From: Eledone cirrhosa
Lineage: Eukaryota
Assembly (NCBI GenBank): GCA_964016885.1
Contig: OZ024744.1
Span: forward strand, 59,644,001-59,708,000
Reading direction: 5' to 3'
DNA length: 64,000 nt
Shown here: positions 27,361 to 41,264 of the stretch, in pieces
Layout: each line of letters begins with the position of its first letter
Position numbering within the stretch: position 1 is the first letter of the stretch
Notes under the pieces: model-generated
Told to the model about the DNA's origin: nothing
Database searches by the model: none
What the model saw: the letters and a program-made list of their open reading frames with translations, nothing else
Translations under genes and position numbers: made by a program

Positions 27361-27489
27361 TATATTATATTATATTATATTATATTATATTATATTATAT
27401 TATATTATATTATATTATATTATATTATATTATATTATATTATATTATATTATATTATATTATATTATATTATATTATATTATATTATA
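27361..27489. repeat. (TATTA)n pentanucleotide tract; another at ~21415-21480
   Basis: Direct reading. Confidence 0.95.
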
Positions 27490-27680
27490 GGGCGGAGGAT
27501 TGGCAGTATCGGTAGAGGGTCGGACGCCATGCTTTGACGTATAGAGTTACGGCCCTTGCCATTCTGAGTTCAAATCCCGCCGATGTTAACTTTGCCTTTC
27601 ATCCTTACGGGGTCGATAAAATAAAGTACCAGTAATACACTGTGTAATTGCTGGCCTTGTGCCAAAAGTAGAAACAATTA
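27490..27680 (+). mobile_element. tRNA-derived MetaSINE-like SINE; other copies at 36008-36148(-), 36160-36370(-), 38711-38902, 41039-41230, 51984-52172 and 52181-52326
   Basis: A-box-like tggcagtatcgg, B-box gagttcaaatcc, Meta-like core gcctttcatccttacggggtcgataaaataaagtaccag, tail agtagaaacaattatta. Confidence 0.85.
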
Positions 27681-27938
27681 TATTATATGATAATTAGAAA
27701 TTAGAAATTATAAGCTTTCACCGTATTTTAGACTAAAGAAATTTCTAGCCTGATAGTGGGGTTTAGAACCCTCGAAGAAATGGAAAAAGATGAGTGTTGC
27801 CGCACATGCACGGCAACACTCATCTTTTTCCAGTCTAAAATACGGTGAAAGCTTATAATTTCTAATTTCTAATTTCAAACTCGCGCACCGTTTCGAAAAC
27901 ATACTTACATGTTTACGTTTATAATTTGCTTGTTTATA

Positions 27939-27972
<34 letters not shown>

Positions 27973-28075
27973 CAAATATAAATTAGCGAGAATCGTATTT
28001 CGGCTATTAGAAATTAGCGAAAAACAACTTCCGAGATGTGTGGCAAGCGCGCCATATATATATATATGTTTAGAC

Positions 28076-30727
28076 CACAGGTTCTCAACCCATTTAGAGC
28101 AAACGCCCCCTTTTGTCCCTCGAAATCACGAAACGCCCCCTACCCTATTTTTTCACTTTTCAATATACTACTGATTTTGATATCTGTAGATTACTAAAAA
28201 ATTGATTAACAATATTCCAAAGATACCATTGCAGGCAGTTGAGAGTATAAATACATTCCTTAAAAGGAAATATATAAATTTCAAAAAAAGGAACATAAAT
28301 GTTCTTTTTTATGAATAAGGACCAGTTGAATTTGTTTTATTCCCACCAGGCGATACCAACTATTTTGAACATTTATACAAGAGCAACTCTGTCTATCCAA
28401 AGAGTGCTCTTATCTGGAAGAAAGTGGCAATTATATCATTTCAAAGCTTTCCAATTTTCCCTTTAATGAAACAGACAGAATAAATGTTGATATCTAACTT
28501 GATGTCCCTCTGCTTTGTGAGCTTAGAGACCACGGAAGAGGGTTTTCATGACCACGCGGGAGGGTATATTTATTAGTAAATGGTAAAATATATACAACAA
28601 ATGAGTAAGTGAATTGTAGTAGATGGTTTCCAGTCCAGTCAGACTGCAACTACAAATAAAAAAAATTGTTAGTTTGCTTTGTAACAATAGCATATCTAAG
28701 TTTTCGGATAAATCAACTTACTTTAACTTTGACCTCATTTCAATGGGACCCTTGAACTTTATGGAGTCTAGCTAACTCTTTGACGTCAGGCTGGATTTTT
28801 CGTAAGATGTAGCCGGAGATCTCCACATGTAATTACATTGTAGCGGTTGCGAGCCTTACTGTGTAGTCTGGAAACAGCACGAAACCTCCTCTCGACTAAG
28901 TATGAGCTTGGAAAAGGCAGAGCAAATCTCTTAGCCTCTGCATGTAGGTGTGGAAATCGACACTGAATTTCCTCTTGCATCCAAAAAAGGGGTTCACCTA
29001 TTTTGGGAAATCTAATTTTGATCATGTCATCTGCTTGAAGTTCAATGAATTCTTCCTGAAATATAACGTCCAAATCATCGACGTTAGCTGTGAAGGGATC
29101 TGCTACCCACATTGGGATGTCCATCGGCAAAAGGTCGACAAACCGTTCTCTCATGTTGTCTTGTAGCACACGGAGGTGAGTGGTATAAATTTGGAGTTGG
29201 TCATCGCTTACAATGTTTTGAACATTGGCGACACTAGGAAAATTATAGAATTCCCGTCAACAAAGATTCCTTTCGATGACATTCAATTTGGCCAGGAATG
29301 TTTTCACAGCATTCCTTGCTTTAAGCAAGGTGATCTTCTTCCCCTGTAAAGCTAAAATGACGCTATTGCATTTGTCGACGATGTCGGTGAGGTAATCGCA
29401 GTTTTGCCTCACATCGAGGGTTTTCTTGTACAGTTCTGTGTTGGGTTCTCGCAGAAACTCAATGATAGAGTCAAACAGTTCAAAGAAGTGAGTAAGGCAC
29501 TTGCCCTTTGAAAGCCACCTCACCTCAGTATGAAGGAGCAACTTGACGAATTCTTCGTCATTATCTTGGCACAGTTGCCGGAAAATTCGTTCATTGTGGG
29601 AATGCCGTTTGATAAAATTGATGATATCAAGGGCCACCTGCAAGGACTTGCTCAGTAGCTTGCTGAGTTTCTTCACAGCCAAGTGTTGTCGATGAATGAC
29701 ACAATGAACAACAAATACAGATAGATTTTCTCTCTTCAGAACAGTGACGAAACCCTTATGTTGGCCGACCATTGCTCTAGCGTCGTCCGTAGCACATGAT
29801 ACAACGTGTGCTGTATTTGGTCCTAGATGTATGTATTACCTGCCTGTGTGTTGTAGGTAGTCCTAGATGTATGTATTATCTGCTTATGTATTGCATGTGG
29901 TCCTAGATGTATGTATTACCTGAATATGTGTTGTATGTGGTCCTAGATGTTTGTATTACCTGATTATGTGTTGTATGTGGTCCTAGATGTTTGTATTACC
30001 TGCTTATGTGTTGTATATGGTCCTAAATGTATGTATTACTTGCCTGTGTGTTGTATGTGGTCCTAGATGTGTGTGCTACCTCCTTATGTGTTGCATGTAG
30101 TCCTAGATGTGTGTATTACCTGCTTATGTGTTGTATGTGGTCCTAGATGTGTGTATTACCTGCTTATGTGTTGTATGTGGTCCTAGATGTGTGTATTATC
30201 TGATTATGTGTTGTATGTGGTCCTAGATGTGTGTGCTACCCGCTTCTGTGTTTTTTTTTTATTTTTTATTTGTAATATTATTTATACAATAGGTAATAAA
30301 ATAGATCTACATATTGTTAACTCGTTACGGCTGAGTCAATAATTTCAGACATGAAATACATTGTTATCAGTGAAGGAAAGAGAAGATTCTAACTGGCTGC
30401 GATTGAAGTGTCCTTGACCCAGTTGACTGTGGGTTTTTCCATTGTTAGGATCTCAATTGCCGGTTAATGTCTAAACACGCCTGCACACCTGCTCACAGCT
30501 GCGGTCAGACCATAGTTATGCTGTCTGTATGCTCATTCAAATGCATTCACACTGGCTGTCTTAAAGACATACAAATATGGCTTATAAAACTTACCAAAGT
30601 AAAGAGCCTTCCAATGCACTCCAAAGCTCCAAACGCCCCCTTAATTCCCCCTTGCTCCGAAACGTCCCCCCCCCTGGATTTCCGAAACGCCCCTGGGGGT
30701 GCATATGCCCCCCGTTGAGAACCTTTG
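28076..30727 (-). mobile_element. Internally deleted hAT (Buster/Charlie-type) DNA transposon
   Basis: TIRs cacaggttctcaac and gttgagaacctttg, 8-bp TSD gtttagac at 28068-28075 and 30728-30735. Transposase motifs HCVIHRQHL, HTEVRWLSKG and FPSSYLVER. Confidence 0.93.
29807..30250. repeat. 40-bp minisatellite, about 11 copies, inside the hAT element
   Basis: Unit tcctagatgtatgtattacctgcttatgtgttgtatgtgg in exact 40-bp phase from 29821 to 30221. Confidence 0.95.
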
Positions 30728-30735
30728 GTTTAGAC

Positions 30736-32232
30736 GATGACTGTTCTGGTTGATCCATCAAGGCAACAGGATCCACATTAAATTAACGTGCGTTTGAGCA
30801 TTCTACAGATACATGTACCTTAACGTAGCTCGGCATTGGCAGTCATATCTGCGAATATTGAAGGGCTCTCCTCTACAAAACAAAACATCTTAGCCGACCT
30901 ATGCAGCAAGCAGCACTGTGACGTTCTCTGCTTGCAAGAAACGCAGAGGAAGTGAAAACAACCGTCCCACCATACCTGGAATGGCCGTGACCATTGAGCG
31001 ACCCCATTGACAGCACGGCAGTGCTGTGTTTGTAAAAACTGGCTTAGGTATAGAAGAAATGGACATGTCAGATGACAATGACATCGAAGTCTTATCCGTT
31101 GAGCTAAGCAGTGTAGTAGTAACATCTGTCTATAAACCACCACTTCTCTCCAACATCTACATCAATGACCAACTAAAAAGTACAGACACCCACCGCTTCA
31201 TCTATGCAGACGATCTTGGCAAAGGTGCATTAGACACTGATTTTAAAGCTGTGGAAGATAGACTCTCCAATGATCTGGAATAGCTAACACCTTATTATGA
31301 AGAGAACCACCTGCGTGTAAATCCATCCAAGATGTAGGTGTGTGTCTTCCACCTACGAAACGATGAAGCCAAGCGCCAACTGAAGGTCAACTGGTCAGGA
31401 ACACTGTGAGCACCCAGTCTATCTAGGTGTAACCCTGGACAGGTGTATCTCTTTTAAGATCCACGTTGAGAAGACTAAGTACAAAGTGAATGCGAGGAAC
31501 AACATCATCCGCAAGCTCACTGGCATAACCTGGGGTGCAAACCCACAGACTCTGAAGTCAACTGAACTAGCTCTCTGCTACTCAGCTGCCAAGTATGCAT
31601 GCCCAGTATGGGAGCGAGCTGTCCATGTCCAGAAGCTACTTCCTGCCCTCAATGCTAGCTGCCGCCTCATCACAGGCTGCCTGAAATCTACATCTACGGA
31701 CCGTTTGCATATCCTGTCAGGCATATCCCCAACAGAGATACGACGAAGTGCAGCAAAGAAGAAAGAGCATCAACAACAGGCTACAGATAAAAAATATTCT
31801 CTTTTTGGCCATGTGCCAGCCAAAAGCCACCTTAAACCCAAGAAAAGTTTCCTAAAGAGCATTACACCCCTTGGAACATCAAGCATAAGTAGTGAAAGAG
31901 TTACTCGCCAGGAAGAAAAACTCAACAACCTCCAATCTGTAACCGCGAGCGAAGCACTTTACCTGGAGCAGATACTAACTATGCAGTGAAGAAATGCCTA
32001 AACAGACTAATATATGGTGTTGGACGGGCAAAAGTCAATCTGGCAAAATGTGTGACTGCGGCATCGAACCGCAGACTACGCAGCACCTCTTGATATGCCC
32101 CTTGCTGGAACACTCCTGCACAACATTAGGCTAGGCAGAGTTAAATGAGAAAGGACAACAATGTGTTCAGCTGTGGCGGAACCACATCTAGCCCATCTTT
32201 ATAACTGACACTCTTGTGGACACGATAAGAAG
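30736..32232 (+). mobile_element. Vingi/Ingi-like LINE with a large internal deletion
   Basis: SANIEGLS..CDVLCLQET endonuclease start, NIYINDQ..FIYADDL, LALCYSAAKYACPVW, 3' end ggacacgataagaag. Confidence 0.75.
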
Positions 32233-33741
32233 TACGTAGTTCGCCGGGAGATTCAGCATGACACCATATGTGACAAAGCTGGCTCTTTGGATTACAGGTA
32301 CGACACATTTTTGCATTAGCTATTCCCTTCATCTCGATATTACTGAGGAATACGGCATTCCAGAATCGAGGAACCCGGAGGTCTCAATGGCAACTGATAC
32401 AAAAGAAACAGTTAGTTAATTCCTAATATTTTGCCGTCTGGTTCCAGTAGTTGTAATGTAGGCATGCTTACAAATTATCTAGTATCAAAAACGCAGTGAA
32501 ATTGAATCCGAATCCCTTGGATTATTGCGAAATGAACTACATTAACATTTGATAATGCTGGAATCCTTTTACTATCACAGTAAAAAAAAAAAAAAAATTC
32601 CTCACGATGTCTCACAGTAAAGAAAAAAAAATTCATAAAATGCTTGACAGTGAAATTGAACCCGAAACCGCTAGATTTTTGCGAAACAAATTTCGTGCGC
32701 ACAACACAATGGAAGAGTGCTATTTTGCTGTAAAAGAAAGATTGCTCCAGAATGCCTACTTTAATACTAAAAGCTAAAGATTCATTACGTAAGTTTTATT
32801 ATTACAATGAAGTCGTGTAACTTAGTGCTTAAGACGTTAGGCTTAAAACCGTCAGTTCGATTCCTGGTGGCTCTTGTATCGCTAAGCAAAACACCTTATT
32901 TTATGTTGCTCTAGTACACTCAGGTGCAAAAAAAATGAGTTGTACTTTTAATTCAAAGGGCCAGCCTTTTTACACACTATAAGAAGCTAAATTTCCCTGG
33001 AATCTACGTTAAGCACATGGGCCCGTGGAAGGCTCAGCACGTTGAATTCACGAACATGCTGTTTCGTTAATCGAAGAACCGGAGTTGCTGTTGTTGTTAT
33101 TGTTATTGTTGTTGTTGGTGGTGGTGGTGTGGTGGTGGCGGGATGGTGCTGGGATGTTGGTGGGAAATGGTCATCCTAGTTCCCCCTGTAAGAGGAGAGT
33201 GGTAGGAGATGGGGGAGAGTCAGGGCAAATTAAGGAAGAAGAAAATGTCTGCCGAGTTTTACAGCAGAGATTAATTCCTGCATGTTTAACTCTGATCTCA
33301 AGCCCCAGCCCCACTGAGAAACTTACTTGGTTGGAGTAGAAAAAGAGTTCTTTCCTCTAACACAACCCCTACCACCACCACCACCACCACTCATTTCCCC
33401 CCTTTTCTTTCACTGTCAACTGTGATAAATCCTTTATTTTTTATTCATTTATGCTTTTTTTTGTTTTTGTTTTTGTTTCTTTACGAAGTGACAACATGGC
33501 TGAAATGAGATAAATGACGGCGATATAGGATGCGGAAATACACTTGTGAAATATCACTGGGCATCCGGTCCCCCACCCCGGTAGATCTGATTGACCCCTT
33601 CCCGTTATTTATTTACTTGTTCATTCAGAAACGTTCGTAAATGAAGAACGGAGATCGCAAGGGAAGAGCAAAAACCTGAATAAATAAATGTTTGGGGCTT
33701 TGGTTTGTTTCGTTTTTTTTTTTTTGTAAAATCTATCAATC

Positions 33742-33779
<38 letters not shown>

Positions 33780-33942
33780 TAACAACAATAGATTGTATAT
33801 ATAATAACTTATAAAACCGGGTAAAATACCCCTATAGACGGAAAAAAGTGATCAGCAGGCGTAACGAAGAATCAATCTCGGTTCTTGTCGAATTTCGATT
33901 CTTCGTGGGTGCTGTTGGCCACTGTTTCAAACCTATTCACAA

Positions 33943-33975
<33 letters not shown>

Positions 33976-34011
33976 TGCGCGCACACAAAGACACATAAAT
34001 ACACACACGAG

Positions 34012-34109
<98 letters not shown>

Positions 34110-34120
34110 TATATATTTAT

Positions 34121-34420
34121 GTCAGGTCGCTCTTGAATGCTACTGGTAACATGTAACCTATCACATCATGTGCATGGTCGGGGCGTCGGCGTCTAAAGCG
34201 CCCCCCCCCCTCAACTTGCTTGATTTTGGAATGAAAAACAAAACCCGTCAAAGGGCGAAAGAATTCAGGAGAGTCAACGGCCATTCAATAATATATATCC
34301 CTATTTTTTTGTGAGCGAGAGACCCCTATTCTTCATTAAGACATTTCTCGAGGAGAAGGTCACTCTGATATATAACCTGCGACAAAGTCTGCATCCATTG
34401 ATGTAGACCACTTCTACGTT
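34121..34420 (+). mobile_element. Diverged RTE 5'-UTR-like head
   Basis: Homologous to 34706-34900 and 35030-35110 (tgctactggtaacatgtaacc; aggagaagg...gatat..aacctgcg). Confidence 0.55.
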
Positions 34421-34665
34421 TTGGGGGTAAGTGCAATAGATGCTCAGAGATTGCAAAAGCCTTTCCGCACCTAAAAAAAGCCTTTCCGCACCTAAAAAAA
34501 ACTTCAAACATAAGCATCGCTTGATATGTGATATTTTTTGAGATCATGGATTTGCTGGCCATAGGCAAGACTCTAGCAGGACTAGAAAGCCCCGTCCGTG
34601 ATACATATGCTTAAGTATCAAGTGATGGAATTATTTGAAATCGAGTTGCAGCCATCATGTGTGTA

Positions 34666-34698
<33 letters not shown>

Positions 34699-34705
34699 AT
34701 GTATG

Positions 34706-35300
34706 TTGTGTCGGGTCACTCTTGAGTGCTACTGGTAACATGTAACCCAGTACAACCTGTCGTATGGTCGGGTCGTCGGCGACTAAACCGGCAATCCCAC
34801 TAAGTTTACTTGGTGAGGAGGGTGATTTTGGACACCCTGCAGGACAAAAAACAAAACCTGACAAAGGGCGGAAGAACTCATAAGGGTCAACGGCCATCCA
34901 AAAGTGTGTAAATATGTACATAGGTATGTATATGTGTATATACATGGATGCATGTGTATGTATATACGTGGTGATATAGAAATCTCGAGTTGGACACCCG
35001 ATCGCGCGGTTAAACCATTGGGAGTGAAGGACCCCTAGCCTTTGTCAGGGCATTCTTCTAGGAGAAGGAAACTGGGATGGCTCCGATATAAAACCTGCGG
35101 CTCAGTAGTTACCGATGATGTTGATCTTTTCTTCTTTTCGGGTTATAGCTACTGTCGCTCAGAGAGTGGGATTGGCTCAGTGCACAGTCTTTTGTCACTA
35201 TAAAAAATATCTTCACGCACAGGCATTGCACGATAGAATTAATTAATAATCATTAATAATGTTATATCGTACAATGACCATACAATAACAGAGATAGCTT
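34706..35300 (+). mobile_element. Non-autonomous RTE-derived element (5'-UTR-like head joined to RTE-type tail)
   Basis: Contains the RTE leader-like ctaggagaaggaaact motif. The 3' part matches the tail module at 3718-3845. No ORF. Confidence 0.55.
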
Positions 35301-35627
35301 TAAGCTAAACTCCGACTGGTAACCATCTCACTCAACAAACATTAGGTTATACGTTAGTATAAACCCAATTTAAGTGTTTGGGGTGCTAACTATATGTATT
35401 TTGTGGAAAGCCAGTTGTATTATTTTATATGAGATATAATTAAAGTTAAATATATATATATATATTATAAAGTTAATGAAAGTTGGTTGATCATATAATC
35501 CGCCGACGTTTTCGTAAACAGACGTAAAGCACTGAAGAATTTGTATTCCTTAGGATTTTTTCGGTAAGGTATCAACGCGAGTTTATATAAGGTTATAGTG
35601 TAAAAGTTCATTATTTTCAGTGGTAAG

Positions 35628-35810
35628 GGGCGGTGGATTGGAAGTATAGGTATAGGCTCGGACGCCATCCTTTGACGCATAGAGTTGCGGCCCTTGCCAT
35701 TCTGAGTTCAAATCCCGCCGGGGTTAACTTTGCCTTTCATCCTTACGGGGTCGATAAAATAAAGTACCAGTAATGCACTGGGTAATTGCCGGCCTTGTGT
35801 CAAAAGTACA
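35628..35810 (+). mobile_element. MetaSINE-like copy with an 18-bp target site duplication
   Basis: attattttcagtggtaag at 35610-35627 and again at 35811-35828. Confidence 0.9.
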
Positions 35811-37951
35811 ATTATTTTCAGTGGTAAGAGGAATTAAGCTCAATGCATTTTTACCCTTCGTTCTTCAGGAATTAACATAAACCGTATGAATAAAGGGCAA
35901 TTACAATGGCAGAGTATTTATAATTCAAAATTCAATAAGACCAAGGATTAGTATTATCATTATTATATTATTAATACATAACGCCAACAGAGATGTATAA
36001 ATAAATAATTATTTCTACTTTTGGCACAAGGCCAGCAATACCCAGTGTATTACTGGTACTTTATTTTATCGACCCCGTAAGGATGAAAGGCAAAGCTAAC
36101 CTCGGCGGGATTTGAACTCAGAATGGCAAGGGCCGTAACTCTATGCGTAAATAATGATTTCTTATATAGGCACAAGGCCAGCAATTTGGGGGAAGGGAAA
36201 GTTGATTAAATCAACCCAGTGCATGACTGGTACTTTATTTTATCGATCCCGTAAGGATGAAAGGCAAAGTTAACCTCGGCGGGATTTGAACTCAGAACGT
36301 AAAAGGTTATAACTCTATGCTGCAAAGCATGGCGTCCGACCCGCTACCGATACTGCCAATCCAGCGCCCTAATAATAATGATAATAATAATATTTGGTCT
36401 TATTGAATATGTGTGTGTGTGTTTGTGAGAGAGAAAGTAAGTGTGTGTGTGTGTGTGAGTGTGTGTGTGTACCTGTGGTAATTTACTATTTCATTTATTT
36501 TTCTATTTTCAAATAATCCCTTTTATTTGTCACATGGGCAATGAATGAAATGAACATTTTAAAGGCAGGTTGCACAACAAATTGTGTTGATACACGTAGA
36601 ATCAAGAAAAATAGGATGAGGTAAAAAAAAAAAGTAAAATTGGTATACAAGAAAGGTGTTTTGTGCTGTTCATACTGAAAGATCTCTATCTGGTAAGCCC
36701 ACTGAACCAGGATTACCCTGACCACAAAGATAAGCGCCCTCTCCTATCTCTCATTATCCGACCTACGGACACAAGCTGAGAGTAGACTCATTTACTCTTG
36801 CTATTTTCGCTAATTTCATTCACCTTTTTGTAAATTTATTGGAAGAGAATACCTTCTTCTTCACCCTGAACTTTCTTTCCGACTGAAACTTAACTTTAAA
36901 AAGTTGGTAAGAGTCTGACTGAAGAGGAATGTGTTTGTTTTTAAATCTTTCAGCCTTGTCTAGTACACAACCGCTTTCACTATAACCACCATGCATAGGA
37001 AAAATGCTCGCTTTTCCAGATTAAAGAGGGTAGCAGTGTGATCTTCCAGAGGTATTAAGTTGACCATCGGATCCGCCCAAAACATAATACCAGCTGATCG
37101 ACATAACTTCACGAGTAAGCAATGTTCGGACACTGAAGGTGTACGCAGAAAATTGTTCCGTCACTCTGGACAGGTAGAACTATCAAGCCAAGATAAATAT
37201 TTCTCTAATTTATCCCTACTTTAAGAGCCGAAAGTTCTCCGAAACAGACCAACTATTTTCATTTTCCCCGAGAACGTCGTCATTCTTCCCCCAGTTCAGC
37301 TTCCCCCAGTTGCATTACCAGTCTAATGGGGTATACTGTGAGCACCTAACAAAATTCCAGAATCCAGACAGCCAATCTTTATCTTGACTAAGGTCAAATG
37401 ATATGCATTAATGACTGGAGTTGTTTTGCGCATTTTCTGAAATTATTAAAATAATATTAGTCATTGAACTAACATTTGAACTATTTCTCATTGTATCGAT
37501 ATTTTCAGGCAGATTTTTTAGTTTCAACTTAGAGTAACTCCTCCTGCTCCTCCTCCTCCTTCTTCTTCTCCTCCACTCCTGTTTTTTGGTGGTGGTGATG
37601 TTGGTGTTGTTGACAGTGTTGTTTGTTGTGGTGGAAGTGTTTTTGTTGTTGTTTGCTGCTGGTAGTGGTCTTGTTAGTGGTGGTGTCGGTTGATGGTGGT
37701 TTTGTGAGGTTGTTGCTGTTGCTAATATTTAGCTAATCGAATGAACCTATGTTGAATAGGGTTTTAGACCGTAACTAAACCTTGTTTTCTCCATGTACTT
37801 GGAACATTAATCAACGTCTACGTTTCTAACATTGTGGTGTGTGATTTGATGGAAGTTGGCTTCTATTTCTAGCAATTTGAGAATTACATAGAAGAGGAAT
37901 CAGCAGCGTTGTCTCTTTTAGTTTTAAACATTGTGTCCCCCCCCCCCCACC

Positions 37952-38081
<130 letters not shown>

Positions 38082-38271
38082 CTTGGGGAGGGTCATATTT
38101 GTGTAATAATATTGCCAGAATTAATAACAGAACACACTCACTGTTTGGTTGGTTTTCGCTTCTGTATCTTTTATATCGGTTAATTTAATTTATTCGGTCC
38201 TCAATGTTGCCATTGACTGACCAACGGTCAAAAATACAGATACAATATAGACACAAACACATATATATATA

Positions 38272-38320
38272 GTTTATCAAAGTTCTTTCGTTGCTTATCT
38301 GCAACATCGTCAGTGTTGCT
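38272..38320 (-). ncRNA. Partly decayed minimal hammerhead motif
   Basis: Minus strand caaca-CTGACGA-t-gttgc(agataa)gcaac-GAAA-gaactt-tgata. Stem II is perfect, stem I is poor. Confidence 0.5.
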
Positions 38321-38960
38321 ATTATGTTTCCTCCCGTTGCATTGTATGCTTACGCCATCTTTATTTAGTCTGTTTATTTATTTATTTATTTGTTTATTTA
38401 TTTTTTTTTGTCTTTTCTGCGCATGCGTTTGCGTATAGTGTTTTGTTTGATGTGTGTTCTTGTTTGGGTGACTGTGTATTGGTTAATGTATTCTATCTTA
38501 GTTTACTAGTGTGTGTTTATATGTGTTTGTTGTTATTGTGCTTGTGTATGTATTTATCTATTTATTTATTTATCTATCTATCTATTTATACTTCTCTTAG
38601 GTCAGTGTTGTTTGTCGCAAAACTATATATATATATTTCATATATAGGAAAAAGTTCAACCCCGACGGCAGAGCTGAAGCCGTTTCGACGGTTGGTGGCT
38701 TGGCAGTAAAGGGCGGTGGATTGGCAGTATCGGTAGAGAATCGGAAGCCATGCTTTCCACCATAGTTACGTCCCTTTACAGTCTGAGTTCAAATCCCGCC
38801 GAGGTTGACTTTGCCTTTCATCCTTACGGGTTCGATATAATAAAGTACCAGCAATGCACTGTGTAATTGCTGGCCTTGTGCCTAAAGTAGAAACAATTAT
38901 TAAAGATGAATTCAGATGTGTGTCTGGTGGTGGTGGGCGATTAATGAGGTGTAAGATACA

Positions 38961-40522
38961 TGTCTTACATATATCATATCTTACATATAATATCATATCT
39001 TACATATAATATCATACCTTACATATAATATCATACTTTACATATAATATCATATCTTACATATAATATATCTTACATATAATATCATACCTTACATATA
39101 ATATCATACCTTACATATAATATCATATCTCACATATAAGATCATATCTTACATATAATATCATACCTTACATATAATATCATATCTTACATATAATATC
39201 ATACCTTACATATAATATCATATCTTACATATAATATCATATCTTACATATAATATCATACCTTACATATAATATCATATCTTACATATAATATCATATC
39301 TTACATATAATATCATATCTTACATATAATATCATACCTTACATATAATATCATAGCTTACATATAATATCATATCTTACATATAATATCATACCTTACA
39401 TATAATATCATATCTTACATATAATATCATACCTTACATATAATATCATATCTTACATATAATATCATATCTTACATATAATATCATACCTTACATATAA
39501 TATCATATCTTACATATAATATCATACCTTACATATAATATCATATCTTACATATAATATCATACCTTACATATAATATCATATCTTAAATATAATATCA
39601 TATCTTACATATAATATCATATCTTACATATAATATCATATCTTACATATAATATCATATCTTACATATAATATCATATCTCACATATAAGATCATATCT
39701 TACATATAATATCATATCTGACATATAATATCATACCTTACATATAATATCATAGCTTACATATAATATCATACTTTACATATAATATCATATCTTACAT
39801 ATAATATCATACTTTACATATAATATCATATCTTACATATAATATCATACCTTACATATAATATCATATCTTACATATAATATCATATCTTACATATACT
39901 ATCATATCTTACATATAATATCATATCTTACATATAATATCATACCTTACATATAATATCATAGCTTACTTATAATATCATACCTTACATATAATATCAT
40001 ACCTTACATATAATATCATATCTTACATATAATATCATATCTTACATATAATATCATACCTTACATATAATATCATATCTTACATATAATATCATATCTT
40101 ACATATAAGATCATATCTTACATATAATATCATATCTAACATATAATATCATACTTTACATATAATATCATAGCTTACATATAATATTATACCTTACATA
40201 TAATATCATACCTTACATATAATATCATATCTTACATATAATATCATACCTTACATATAATATCATATCTTACATATATTATCATACCTTACATATAATA
40301 TCATATCTTACATATAATATCATACTTTACATATAATATCATAGCTTACATATAATATCATACTTTACATATAATATCATACCTTACATATAATATCATA
40401 CCTTACATATAATATCATATCTTACATATAATATCATACCTTACATATAATATCATATCTTACATATAAGATCATACCTTACATATAATATCATATCTTA
40501 CATATAATATCATATCTTACAT
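38961..40522. repeat. 19-bp AT-rich minisatellite, about 80 copies
   Basis: Unit atcttacatataatatcat with variants acctt, acttt and agctt. No spacers. Confidence 0.97.
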
Positions 40523-40913
40523 TTGATATCATATAAATATTTTAAAAAAACCGTGGCCTACAGAGAACATTAATTATGCAGGAAATTACAACGTTCGAAA
40601 GCAAGGAAAATATGGAAGTATGAACGCTTCTAGATTGTTACTGTGGCTACAGCTCACATTTAGGGATGTTGGTCTCCTATGAAGTTGCATCTGCTAGGAT
40701 GTTTATCAAATATTTTAATTATAGGAGTTTCAGTCACATCAACATCACATATTGTTGTTACAACTCACATCTCTGACGGTTTAGCTGACTTTCTACAAGG
40801 TTGTATCTCTCATAGGAGTTTTATTGGATGTTTTAATAAGGGGCCCCCCACATGTATATTGGGCCCCCCCCCCACACACAAACACACACACGCACACACA
40901 TTACGGATAGATT

Positions 40914-40948
<35 letters not shown>

Positions 40949-41264
40949 ATGTGTGTGTGTGCGTATGCGTGTCAATATATATATGCGTGCGCACGCTCAC
41001 ACTGACATGCTCACACACACACATTATATGTATTATAAGGTCGGTGAATTGGCAGTATCGGTCGAGGGTTGGACGCCATGCTCTCTAGCATAGTTACGTC
41101 CCTTTACAGTCTGACTTCAAATTCCGCCGAGGTTAACTTTGCCTTTCATCCTTACGGGGTCGATAAAATAAAGTACCAGTAATGTACTGGGTAATTTCTG
41201 GCCTTGTGCCTAAAGTAGAAACAATTATTATTGTGGCTGCTGTGGTTGTTGTTACAGCTAATAC

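Noticed and set aside
27490-27590. tRNA gene calls at SINE heads
   Set aside because: A and B boxes are present, but the heads continue into a shared SINE core and tail and I could not draw a cloverleaf.
38961-40522. CRISPR-like array
   Set aside because: Contiguous 19-bp units with no unique spacers and no cas genes, in a eukaryotic context. The same applies to the 40-bp array at 29807-30250.
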